Part shown: positions 1 through 10,995 of the stretch, piece by piece | Layout of the letters: each line of letters opens with the position of its first letter | Numbering within the stretch: the first letter of the stretch is position 1 | NCBI GenBank assembly: GCA_943704425.1 | Contig: CALSCP010001908.1 | Span: forward strand, 1 to 32,612 | Length of the DNA stretch: 32,612 bases | Direction: 5' to 3' | Source of the DNA: Ministeria vibrans ATCC 50519 | Taxonomy: Eukaryota > Protista > Filasterea | Position numbers and translations under genes: made by a program | Notes under the pieces: model-generated | Databases searched by the model: none | What the model saw: only the letters and a program-made list of their open reading frames with translations | What the model was told of the DNA's origin: nothing

Positions 1-69
<69 letters not shown>
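1..69. repeat. (TC)n microsatellite in an ACS intron
   Basis: Near-perfect TC dinucleotide run. Confidence 0.95.
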
Positions 70-71
<2 letters not shown>

Positions 72-80
72 GCGTCGCAC

Positions 81-259
81 CTGGCTGAAGATCAGTGTCA
101 CCAGGAAGCGGCGTGAGCATGTGCCCGCCCGTCTCCGACTGCCAGTATGTGTCGACGACTGTGCACCGTCCTTCGCCCACAATGTCATGGTAGAACTGCC
201 ACGCTTCATGGTTGATTGGCTCGCCCACTACAGCACACGTATCGTTGGTCAGTGCGTCA

Positions 260-336
<77 letters not shown>

Positions 337-2409
337 ATGCATGCATCACACACACACATGCATCACACTCTTTCTCTCTATTACCGTGTGTTTCATTCTC
401 CCTCCTCTCTCTCACTTTGTTTCTCTTTCCCTCCTCTCTCTCTCACCAGTGCCAAGAACACGCAACGAAGAACGACTGTGCGCATCGACAAAGTGACGGC
501 CATGCTGAAGCAGTGACCGGATGGCAGTGGGCGATGTGTATAGCTGAGTGAGCTGCAGCCGCTCAACCATCTCCCAATAGCGGGAAGATGTTGGATACGA
601 CGGAACAGACTATAATACAGCGACTCAATCAGACAGAGTCACTATCATGCTGTGTGTGGTTAAAGTGTGAGTGGTACTTCAAAGAGCAGAGTAGATGCAC
701 CGTTGACCAGCGGACCATACACCAGATACGAATGGCCCGTGATCCACCCCACATCTGCCACGCACGCGTACCGGTCACCCGCCCGATAGTCAAACACGTA
801 CTACAAAGCATAATCATTATTAAAACCGATTACAATACGATGGCGCAAAAAAAAAAAAAAAACATGAGTGGCAGAAAAGTTCTTGAGGGGCCATAATGTT
901 GTTGCTTTTGTGTTGTTTTGGCTCACCTGATGAGTGAGTGAGGTGTACAAGAGGTATCCCGCATGAGAGTGTACAAGACCCTATGCAGATCAGAGTGAGA
1001 TTGCGACGGACCACAATCAGAGAGGAAGGGTCAATTTGACGCCAAGGGGGTGAGTGGGTGAGTGAATTGAAAGTGATTCTAAAGAGTGAGAGACATTTCC
1101 TCTAATTGTGTTTTGTGTGTGAGTTACTTTAGGCTGCCCTGTTGATCCGGAAGTGTACAGCAGAAACAACGGATCTTCACTCTCCACTATGCATAGCTAT
1201 TAAAACCTCTTCCCCCTTTTTTGTAAAGCACGAATTGTGGTGGGAATAGGTAGGGATGTATTGACCCGTGTGTTNNNNNNNNNNCCCCCTTTTTTTTTTT
1301 TTTTTTTTTTTTTTGCTTCGTCAGTCACTCTCTCTCTTACTCGGAACAATTTCGCACTCGGTCGACTGAGCACTCATTTCGTCCAGCAGAAACGAGTCGC
1401 GACCCGAAACCATCGCAACGTCACCTAAACAAGCCAGAATCACTCACTTAATAAGAACACATTAAGACCCACCCACACACACACAACATACACACACAGA
1501 TACAATTCCTGTGTTTCTGTCACTCTCTCACTCGTACTGTCAGTGCGCCGCGCCACCAGCACTGTTTCGACAAGGGACACTCCTGCGAGTGCTTCGTCAA
1601 CTGTCTTCTTCAGTCCAATCTGTTTTCCGCCCCGCAACCCTTCATTGGCCGTCAACACAACCCTTGATTGCGCTGCCGAGTCATTGTTAAGAATTGAATT
1701 TTTCAGACTTATTTTATTTTTACCGTCAAGAATGCGCGAGCGTAACGCCTCGGCACTGAGGCCAGCAAACACCACACTGTGCACAGCACCAATCCGAGCA
1801 CACGCCAGCATGCCATACACTGCCTCGGGTATCATTGGCATGTACAGTGTCACTGTGTCGCCCTAACACACAAACACACATTCGTCAAGCGTCCTCCTGC
1901 GCACCCATTGCCTCACCTTAGACACTCCCTTCTGCTTCAACACATTTGCTAGTCTGCATACTTGCTCTTGCATCTCGCTGAAGGTGATGTACACCTCCTG
2001 TCCGGCCTCATCGCGCTCCCAAATCAGTGCCGTCTCATCGCCCTTGCCCGCTTCCACATGCCGGTCAACGCAGTTGTGCGAGGCATTCAACTGGCCGCCA
2101 GCAAACCACGAAATGCGTGCCGAGTGCAAGTCGCAGTCGGACACGGTGTCAAAGGGCTTCGTCCAGCTCAGGCGAGTGCGAGCGTGCTGTTGCGCCATCT
2201 CTTATCAAAACACACACACTAACATTCACTTCTTTGCATCCCCGTACCTCGCCCCAAAAGGCTTCTCCATACTCCACACTCTGCCGGTACATCTCGTTGT
2301 ACTCGCTGCTCCCTCCCGAGGCGAATCGGGCAATGGTCGAGCGCGAAAGGAAAGTGGCGACTTGTCGTCGCACACCACCCGTGCAGCGCATCAACCGAAG
2401 CGAGCTCAT
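81..2409 (-). CDS. ACSS1: Acetyl-CoA synthetase (AMP-forming), probably mitochondrial ACSS1-type; 3' end lies beyond the left edge
   Basis: Phase-consistent GT-AG exons: 2409-2248, 2198-1917, 1862-1724, 1672-1538, 1424-1341, 1186-1128, 980-927, 800-678, 609-447, 227-81. Motifs: [60 protein letters not shown] (AMP-binding loop), [27 protein letters not shown]. The N-terminus [29 protein letters not shown] is Arg-rich and lacks acidic residues, like a presequence. ACS family is certain; the ACSS1 subtype is inferred. Confidence 0.93.
262..330. repeat. (CA)n microsatellite in an ACS intron
   Basis: Perfect CA run; source of the spurious THTHTH ORFs. Confidence 0.95.
1275..1284. other. Assembly gap (10 N) inside an ACS intron
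   Basis: N run next to poly-T. Confidence 0.99.
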
Positions 2410-2774
2410 GTTCAATGCTCAGTATGTGTTTCTGTCGGCGTTCAGTGCACTGTCGATCGATATCGTTCTCCCTCTCTCAAAAAAAAAAAAGTCGAAAAAA
2501 AAGTGAACTTTCGATTTTCGAATTTATTCGATCAAGCGGGGGATTAGAAAAAAAATTGTCAATCGAGCGATCCGTGAGCGAGCTCCACCGCGGAGGCCGA
2601 GAAGGCAAGTGATCTTCACGAGATGGTGATGAGCACCTTCCGAGCACCTACAAAAAGACAGTCTTTGATCCGAGGGTGTCGTTGGTTGGATGGATTAGTG
2701 GATGGCCAGAGCTCTGGGCACGGGTCTCGCGGACGCTGCTTTGTGGTGGAGACAGGTGGACAAACTGGACATAA

Positions 2775-2776
<2 letters not shown>

Positions 2777-2810
<34 letters not shown>
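2777..2810 (-). terminator. Poly-T tract, putative Pol III terminator of tRNA-Thr
   Basis: T34 on the minus strand starting 7 nt after the tRNA discriminator base. Confidence 0.75.
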
Positions 2811-2813
<3 letters not shown>

Positions 2814-2817
2814 ACAT

Positions 2818-2890
2818 TGCCTTGCAGCAGATTTGAACTACTGACCTTTGCATTACTAGTGCAATGCTCTGCCAACTGAGCTAGCAAGGC
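2818..2890 (-). tRNA. tRNA-Thr (anticodon AGT)
   Basis: GCCTTGCTAGCTCAGTTGGCAGAGCATTGCACTAGTAATGCAAAGGTCAGTAGTTCAAATCTGCTGCAAGGCA, 73 nt. Acceptor stem GCCTTGC/GCAAGGC, D arm GCTC/GAGC, anticodon arm TTGCA-CTAGTAA-TGCAA, T-loop TTCAAAT, no encoded CCA. An AGT anticodon (read as IGU) is typical of eukaryotes. Confidence 0.97.
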
Positions 2891-3090
2891 GGCGTCTTTA
2901 GAATATCGAATGATACACACATAGACGTAAAAAAGTGAAATTGTGTTATTAGTCATTTGTGTGAATTGTAGAATAGTTGAGACAAGTTATTTCATTCAAC
3001 ATTTCTTTTCCTACCCCCATTTCTTCCTTCTTTTCTTTCTGCCCTCGCTGTCTCATTTCCCGCCGATCGGCAGACTGAATCGACTCGGCC

Positions 3091-3557
<467 letters not shown>

Positions 3558-3651
3558 TCGCGAGATTCTGTACGAAAGCTGTGTATAAAAAACATCAATT
3601 ATTATCATGGACTTGTACATTATGACTTGTGTTTTTTTCTTCATTTCTACA

Positions 3652-4764
3652 TCACGCTGTTGATTCGATGACGAAACTCTGAGCGGCAGCGCCTCGAAGA
3701 TCAGGAGCAACACTCACAAGCAGACAGAGGAAGGCTGTAAGCGTGCAGATCATACGAATTGTGGTAATGGCCTGGTACGCACTCAACGACGCAATAAGTG
3801 AACCGCTGATGTCGAGTTGATCGTCCCACTTGACTGCAATGAGTGTCAGCACAAAGGCAAGCGTGAGCAAAATTACGCCAACAAGAACAGTCGTGCGACG
3901 CGAAACAGCGCCCGCGTCGTGTCGCTGACGCAGTTGGTCGAGACGAAACAACGCGCCCACTAAGGCAGCAGTACCAAGGGTCATGTACATTTGAGCACTA
4001 GCACCAGCATAGGACCCATAGGCAGCGGCAAAGTCTAACATGTCTGCTCCGCTTGCAAAGACAACCCGTGTGTGGAAAATCGCAAAACCTGCAACAAGAC
4101 CCTGTGCGGCATGGCCCGCAAGAGCTAACAGCGACAGAAAGTACCAGTGTAAGCGTATCAGAGACTCTGAGGAAAGCTCACTCGCGTCCACGATTGAGGG
4201 TATTGAACGCCCCTCAACCAGCTGCTCTCGGGTTTTGCGCGTAAACGCTCCGCCTTCTTGAACATACACAAAGTTGCGCACTTGGCTTTCGGGCACGGCA
4301 GCTGCAGCAACATCTATGCTCCTCTTTCGCTGCTCATGAAAAACAGACGACGGTTCATGAGGCAGCCGTGACCCTCGTCGCACTGCGACTTCGCTTGTAC
4401 CATGACCGCCCAGGCTGTGGTTGCTGTCACCAGGTCGCCCCCTGATAATATCCTCTTCGTCAATCATGAGGGGTGGTGGAGATGAGACATTGATAGACGC
4501 AAGTTTTGAATTTGAATGTTGCGTTTGCTGCAGAAAGGCTGCCGTAAGGATGTCAGCCGCAGGTTCGTGTGAGTCATAGACATGTGAAGAAGAACTTTGG
4601 CGGTTTGATATCATCGCCGCATCGCTGACCGTAGCCAAGGACGGTAAGGCGTTGCCACGGTGATGACGAGCGAGAGATTTTTCAGGGAGCCCCGGAATTC
4701 TCTTGGATTTGCGTGTTCCACGTGCACTCCCCTGTACATGCACAGCACGCTCCTCTTCTGACAT
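3652..4764 (-). CDS. TMEM237: TMEM237-like ciliary transition-zone membrane protein (370 aa, single exon)
   Basis: Long disordered N-terminus followed by 4 TM segments. The stretch GHAAQGLVAGFAIFHTRVVF...Y...QMYMTLGTAALVGALFRLD resembles TMEM237 (HGFLAG.AVW...Y..L..PF..L.Y.L..LS.ISAFDR.D, recalled). Confidence 0.7.
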   Translation of the reverse strand: MSEEERAVHVQGSARGTRKSKRIPGLPEKSLARHHRGNALPSLATVSDAAMISNRQSSSSHVYDSHEPAADILTAAFLQQTQHSNSKLASINVSSPPPLMIDEEDIIRGRPGDSNHSLGGHGTSEVAVRRGSRLPHEPSSVFHEQRKRSIDVAAAAVPESQVRNFVYVQEGGAFTRKTREQLVEGRSIPSIVDASELSSESLIRLHWYFLSLLALAGHAAQGLVAGFAIFHTRVVFASGADMLDFAAAYGSYAGASAQMYMTLGTAALVGALFRLDQLRQRHDAGAVSRRTTVLVGVILLTLAFVLTLIAVKWDDQLDISGSLIASLSAYQAITTIRMICTLTAFLCLLVSVAPDLRGAAAQSFVIESTA

Positions 4765-5117
4765 TAAACGGAAGGAGTAAAAAAAATAAAGAATAAATTT
4801 TGAAGAGTTTCGAAATTCTTAATTCGATCTAGGGCGAACCTCAAAAGGACGGATCCTTAGCACCCCCAGGATACGCCCTCACAGGCGACAGCGAGCGTAC
4901 AAAAAATTAGTTTCATGAAGAGGGCTAAAGAGAGGCACGCACACCGAGAGCACATGCCTGCGAGACAGCATGGTAGGTAGCGGTATGTTATTATTAGTAT
5001 GATAAAAGGTATTGAAAAATGACTTGTGAAAAATAACTAATTGTGAAGTATAATACGCTAATAGCAACACAACCATTAATAATAATAATAATAAAAAAAA
5101 TTCGGTTGACATATCAC

Positions 5118-8100
5118 TCAAACAACAGTCTCGTCCTCGCCATCCTCTTCCTCCTCGTCGTCATACTCTCTTTCTTCTCCCTCTTCTCCTTCTCCTTCGT
5201 CATGCTTGTCAAACGCCCATGGGGTTGCCTTGGGCGACTGAGGCAAGTCCAACTGATCCAACTGAACCTCTGTCTCTGGCGCAGCATGTGACTCAACATC
5301 ACGGTGTTGTCGCGCAACGGGCAACGGCGATGGCACAGGAGACACGACCACAGAGGGCTCCGCTTCTCCAATGCTATTTTGAGTCATGGGAAGCAACGGC
5401 GCTGCGGTCGACTCCATGCCAGACGAGACAATCACGGTCGACTTAAGTTCCTTGGGCGTTGGTGCAGCAGGCGGATGGCTACGTGCGTACTTGATGCGCG
5501 GAACAAAGAACGCCGAAAGCGTGACAATCGACGTGATGACCAGACCAATGACCAGCAGTGTCATGTCGGCGTCGGGCGAAAGCGTCGACAGGCCGAGTGT
5601 AATGGCCAAAATGAGGGTCGCCACAAACGCAATGTCATAAATACAAAATGCAATCCATCGACTCTCATTGAACAGCGGCTGATTGTTTCGCGCCTGATAC
5701 GCAATCACAATGCCAATAATGACCACCAGACCCTCAATGACCAGCAACGCATACAACCAGGGCGTGCGCGCATCACATGTCAACCACTCCTCCGTGCCAC
5801 TCGACGTCACCACCACCACCACGTTGGGCGGCGACACCACACTCCACACAATCAGATACACCACAACAGCCAAATTGATCCCTAGAATCACGGTCAGCAG
5901 CTTCGTGTCAGACAGAAACGACAACGATTTCAAGCTCTTGTTGTTAAACACCTACAAAGTAATAAAAAAAAAAAAAACATACACGCAGATGTTTGTCAGT
6001 AAATGTATTCTCCGCATTCTGCTGGTGTACCGAGTTGGTGCGCCATGTTTTGACAAGGAGTGACGAGAAGACAAGGAAGAAGGCCAAGTGGGCAAACCAT
6101 TGTGTGAGGATGCAGATAGGATTGGTCGGGGCGCGCGTGATGAAAACGGCGGCCAAACACGCACAGATGCAGCCAGCAACTGTGATAAGACCATACTTGA
6201 CGCCACCTGCCTTGACTGCCTTTACTTTTCGATAGTGCAGCGTGCACGCGGCAAGAACAATGGCGTACACAATGATAAGACAACAGATGGCAAGGAGTGC
6301 ATCGCGAAGGGGCCAGGACATGTCGACGTCGTCGTTCTCAATGACAAGGACAAATGAGCTCGACGAACTGCTCACGGCACCGCTTGTGTTCAACGTAAAA
6401 AGCGCAGCCAAGGACGCAACACCGTTGGCAAACGGCACGAAATCGTTCGTCAAGTCCACCTCAAAGAAGCGACTGCCCACCTCCGAGTCGTTCCAGGTCA
6501 CCTCAGCAGATGCAATAACGAAATTCACGCCAAGCTGAGCCACCTCGCGACTGCCCACCTCCGCGGAAGTGGTTGATGCGGGAACGGTAAGACGAGCAGT
6601 GACGGTACCACTGCCAGGCGCGTGGCGTACCACCTCAACGCTCACGCGACCAGATCGCTCAAGCGCCTTTCGAATGGATGAGCCAAAGAGAAGTGTGCCA
6701 CCGTCACCATCGTCCACAACGTTGAGTGTGAGCACCACTGGATTCGATGGAGACGTGCCAGGCGAGCCCGAATCAACATGCGTCGCCGAAATACGAAACA
6801 CACCAGAGTGGTGACTCGGCGAATACTTATTATCGTCGCGCAACGGTATGTACACACCAATGTCGCCGCTCGATCCGTTCGGCCACGTCACCGTGGTGGA
6901 GGCCGAATCAATCACAAAGGTCGAGGGGCTGTTCGTTGCTTCCATCGTGACGTGGGCACGAATCATGCCGTTGGTACCGTTGGAGCGTCGCAGGACCAGT
7001 GTAGCGCCACTCAAGCTCTCGCTGACCGTCATTGACGACGTCACAAAGGCAACTGTACCATAATTGCGCGAATAGTCAATGTACAGCTCCGACTCAACTT
7101 GGACAGTGCGTGGATGCTGGCGCACGGCAAAGATGAGGCGACGAGGCTTGCTTCCGGCATCGTTCGGGAGAATGCGGAGGAAGGTCGTCACACTGACGGT
7201 GGTGACCCCCTCGGCGAAGACCACCGTCGTTGTGTTGGCAATGTAGTCTGTGCTAGGCACCGCGTCGTCTTCATTGCCAACGTACACCACCAGTAGCTCG
7301 GCGACCGTGGTGCCGACGCCACTGGCACGCGTGGCAAAAAAGTCAACCTGGCCAATGGTGTCTTGGACGAGCCGACGATCGTTTGAAGGCGAGATTGACA
7401 CACCCGCCTGGCTCATGTCCAGCTCAACGGTGACACGCTGTTGTGAAGCATTGACAAAAGGAAAGTCGCGGATAGCGACAATGTGGGGGAAGCCAATCAC
7501 AGCGTGTGATGCATCGTCAATGCTTGGAATTATACGCCAGACCGGCTCGGTCGGATTCGAAAGAAGGGTTCCGTCACCAAGAAGACCGGATTGACCCGAG
7601 GAGTGCACAAAGACCGAGCCATTAGTTGCAAGGGCAAGAATCCCCGACTCACTGCAAGCGGCAAAGCGCACAGAGACGGTGGGCAGCTGTCGATTGGGCT
7701 TGAGGCCAAACATCAGGCCGGTGACAAACAGTTGATGGTTTTCGGTCACAAACACGGAGAAGGTGACCGTGGTGGACGTCGCGGCCGAAGCGACAAGAGG
7801 GATAGCGGTGCCCGCTGTTGCTGCCAAGAGATCGATTTTGGTCGGCGCAAAGCGGCCCACCAGGTCGCCTGTGCCAAGGGCCCCGGCAAAGTTGTCTCCT
7901 ATAGCAAAAAGATCTCCATTGGCTGTCGTGATAAATGTAACACGACCACTCGCAGACACGTCGGTGACAATGTGGTCGCCAAGCTCGGCGATGACTCCCA
8001 GCGACAAGTCAAGCTTGCTCACTCGCCCAAGCTGTCCCCAACTGTTATCTCCACGACACAATAACTGCCCGTCGGTGGACAAGAGACATAAGTGGTCGTT

Positions 8101-10639
8101 GGCAATCGCGATTTTGCGCCAGAGAAGAATGGAAGGCAAAAGTTGAGGATTTTCAAAAGCCGCATTGAAACTGACGTCAATTAGGCTGCCATGGTTGGAG
8201 CCCCAGGCATAGGCTTTGCCGGAGGCAGTGACATAACCAGTGGTGCCGCCGCCAACACTCAACTGAATGACTGGATCAACGACCTCACCTGCACCATTGT
8301 ACACGGTACCCGCGCCAGGCATGGTCACGGCAGGGTACGCATTAAAAGGATCTAAGGGTGACGTGAAGTCGCTGACAAGGAAACTGCTGGCGGGCGATCC
8401 CCAGCAGTAGAGGAGACCCACGTCGGATACGATACAAGAGTGCCCGTGCGGCGCCTCAAGCGACGTGTATCGAGTGGGCAACTCAGTCAAAAGAACATCG
8501 CTGGGCACGAGACAATATGTGCCCTGGCCATTCGGCTGCATTGTGCCACACATGTTCTGCTCGTTGGAGCCCAACACAGAGGCACGTTGCCCTGCATTCG
8601 TCTCAATCGTAATGGAAGGGTGTGAGCCGAAGCGAACAGCGACTGTGGCCACGGAGGCGGATGGGCTTGCAGTGGCAATGGCAGTGCGCAGAGCCGGGCA
8701 GTAGTAGGCGAGGCCAATGCGACAGAAGCGGCTTAAAACATTCACCGTGCAGTGGAGCCCATTAATGTTAGAGCCGGTGTAGGTGCGACAGCGATTGTCG
8801 GAAGTACCCGACCAAGAGTCGCACGTGGAGCCGAGCACAGTCACAGCAGGTCCGATGAGCGAGTCCATGTCGAGAGCATTTGCAACACAGGCGCACGCAT
8901 GTGTTGCCGCCGTCACATTGGGTGCAGGACAGGCAGTAGTGTCAAGAACGTCGCTGGCCACGACCCACTTACCGTCGGTTGCGCAATCGACGGCGAGCAG
9001 GGTCGTTGGGTCCGCACTGGAACCGCAGGCGTCGGAAAGGAACGCACGGGTACCGGCGTAAATGGAACCAGAGGTACGTGTGCAAGTTGCCTTAGGGTCG
9101 GCAGAGAAGTCTCGAGGCGATGGCGAAACAATGGCACAGGTGGCAAGAGGTTGTTCACATAGGGCGCCTGTGTGCGACGCTGGGCACGTGCACGTGAATT
9201 GGGTGCTTTCCAAGGGCGCAACGCACGAGGCATCATTCTGACATGGCGACGATGCACATGGATCAACGTTGCGGACACAACGGTAGCCGGGTTGAACGAG
9301 CGGATCGTTCACGCAAGTGTGCGTCGTCGAGTCGCAGGTGGTGGGAATGGAACATGCGTGGGTCGTGCAGTTGGTGCCCGAGCAACCTGTCTCGCAGAGG
9401 CACGGTGTGGTGGACAACGTTTGCGACCAGGTCACAGACATGGATCCGGGTTCACAAATAGATGTTCGTGCTTCGTTTGAGAGAGAAAGCAGCAGTGTGA
9501 CGGTGGGCAACGACATCTCGATGGCGGTGTTGACCTGTGAGTGACAACAAAAAAAAATGATTGAGATGATTCGCACAGTGGAGAGAGAGAGGGTAAGACG
9601 GTAAACGACGAACCTGTTGTGCTGTTAAATTAAGCGTTGTAGAGAAAGTGGTGCATGCGTATTGCGAGTCAGTTGGGGTGAGACGCAGGCGCTGGTAACC
9701 GCGCAAAGACAGCATCATGTACCTGTCGGCTGTGGTGTGGTCGTAGGTGCCCACAAAGGTGAGAGTAGCGGGGGTATTGGGAACAGGATCGATAAAGAGA
9801 AGAGGCAAAGGGTCGGCAGGGAATGATGCGACAGTCACTGTCTGTGAGTAGGAGCCACGACAGCCGCGAGAGCACGGCTCCAGTTCGCACACATCTCCGT
9901 CGAAGCCAACGCGGCAGGCGCAGGAGAAACTACCGCTGAAAAGAAAGGTGCAAGTACCTCCATGTTGACACGGCGACGACACACACGGATTGGAGGCGAG
10001 AGCAGTGACACTGACCGTGTCAATTGCCCACTTGGAATCATACGAGTTCTGTAGAGTGAAGGAGAGGGAGACCGCAGTTGCGTTGGGCGGCACTGCCACA
10101 AATTCCCCAAGCGACCGCGACGCGCCAAGCCACGAACTGGACGTGGCCGAGGAGAACACCGTGACGATGTCGCCGGTGTCAAAGGCGGCTGTAAGCTCGG
10201 CAACATCGGGCGAAAACTCCACGAGAACACACGTCGACAGAAAAGCGACAGAGACGAGCGACGCGTTTAGCGGAATCGCAATGTCGCCCACGTAGGCTGT
10301 AGCCGTATCCGACGTGAATCCAAAATGGGTGTCGGCCGCAATGAATCCCCCGTCGCCGTCAAACGCTTCCGAGAAGAGCTAACAGGAAGAAAGAAAGAAA
10401 AAAAAAACGAATAAACAAAAAAAAAATAATTATTATATTTTTATCAATAATTGCGCGTGCAAACGGAAACCCTCCCCACGTACATCGCTGTCTCCGTCGG
10501 CAATGTAATCCCACGAGTATCCAGCAGACGACTGAAAGGTGAACGAGCCGGGATCGTTGTCAAAGGTCTCGCGCAGCAGCAGCTGAGCGTGTGCGAGTGA
10601 CAACACCGCACACACACTCAGCACAGCAGCCAAGCGCAT
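5118..10639 (-). CDS. Class C (7tm_3/GABA-B-like) GPCR with signal peptide, jelly-roll-like domain, EGF repeats, RCC1 propeller and Calx-beta repeats (~1752 aa)
   Basis: Exons 10639-10484, 10378-9614, 9534-6031, 5951-5118, all phase-0 GT-AG. Signal peptide MRLAAVLSVCAVLSLAHA. EGF repeats NPCVSSPCQHGGTC...CACRVGFDGDVCE and DPCASSPCQNDASC...CTCPASHTGALCE. RCC1 blades (HSCIVSDVGLLYCWG; HLCLLSTDGQLLCRGDNSWGQLG). Calx-beta (GTVAF...VSE...LRRSNGTNG...VTW.NG...LRDD). 7TM class C motifs VKA, C...W...LAF.LVFSSLLVKTWR, FNESRWIAFCIY, FFVPRI. Acidic C-tail. Confidence 0.88.
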
Positions 10640-10919
10640 ATCGGCCCTCCCACAAGGCGGATTCCTCAAAACTCTATAATAAAAGGCGGTGTTCCGTTGC
10701 ACCAGTGTCCACCGACAGTACAGTCGCAAGTGGTGAGGCAGTAAAAAAAATATTGGGAATTTGGGGGGAAAATTCATAACAAAAATTTGTAAGAACAGAA
10801 GTTAACGCGTAATACCCATTTTGGGTGCTATTCTATGGTGTGGAAGCATTCATTTGCATTGTATAATGCATTTCTCTTCATGGTGTTTTTTTCTTCTCGT
10901 AGAGCACACTTTTCAATTG

Positions 10920-10987
10920 TTCTCAAAAATTCAATAAACTATTATTACAATTATTCTCAAAAATTCAATAAACTATTATTACAATTA
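10920..10987. repeat. Perfect 2 x 34 bp tandem duplication just upstream of the MBOAT ATG
   Basis: TTCTCAAAAATTCAATAAACTATTATTACAATTA at 10920-10953 and 10954-10987. Confidence 0.9.
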
Positions 10988-10995
10988 TTCAAATT

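Noticed and set aside
70-551. Plus-strand His/Thr-repeat ORFs, and the poly-N/poly-I ORF at 26479-26823
   Set aside because: These are translations of microsatellites, antisense to real exons or spanning an assembly gap.
2595-2607. CTTCTCGGCCT on the minus strand matches the 5' end of U2 snRNA
   Set aside because: No GUAGUA branch-pairing sequence or other U2 features follow.
2610-2612. In-frame TGA joining two short plus-strand frames, as a possible selenocysteine codon
   Set aside because: No recognisable selenoprotein context, no ATG-initiated model and no SECIS-like element.
4865-4873. GTATCCTG on the minus strand (and the GTATCA donor at 15269) as U12-type splice sites
   Set aside because: There is no proper TCCTTAAC branch point or in-frame exon. 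The CLC intron is an ordinary U2-type intron.
4842-4900. Plus-strand resemblance to U6atac (AAAGGA...TTAGCAC.CCCC..AGGAT..GCCCTC)
   Set aside because: The AAGGAGA box is altered, the internal stem-loop cannot form, and there is no Pol III T-tract; probably chance.
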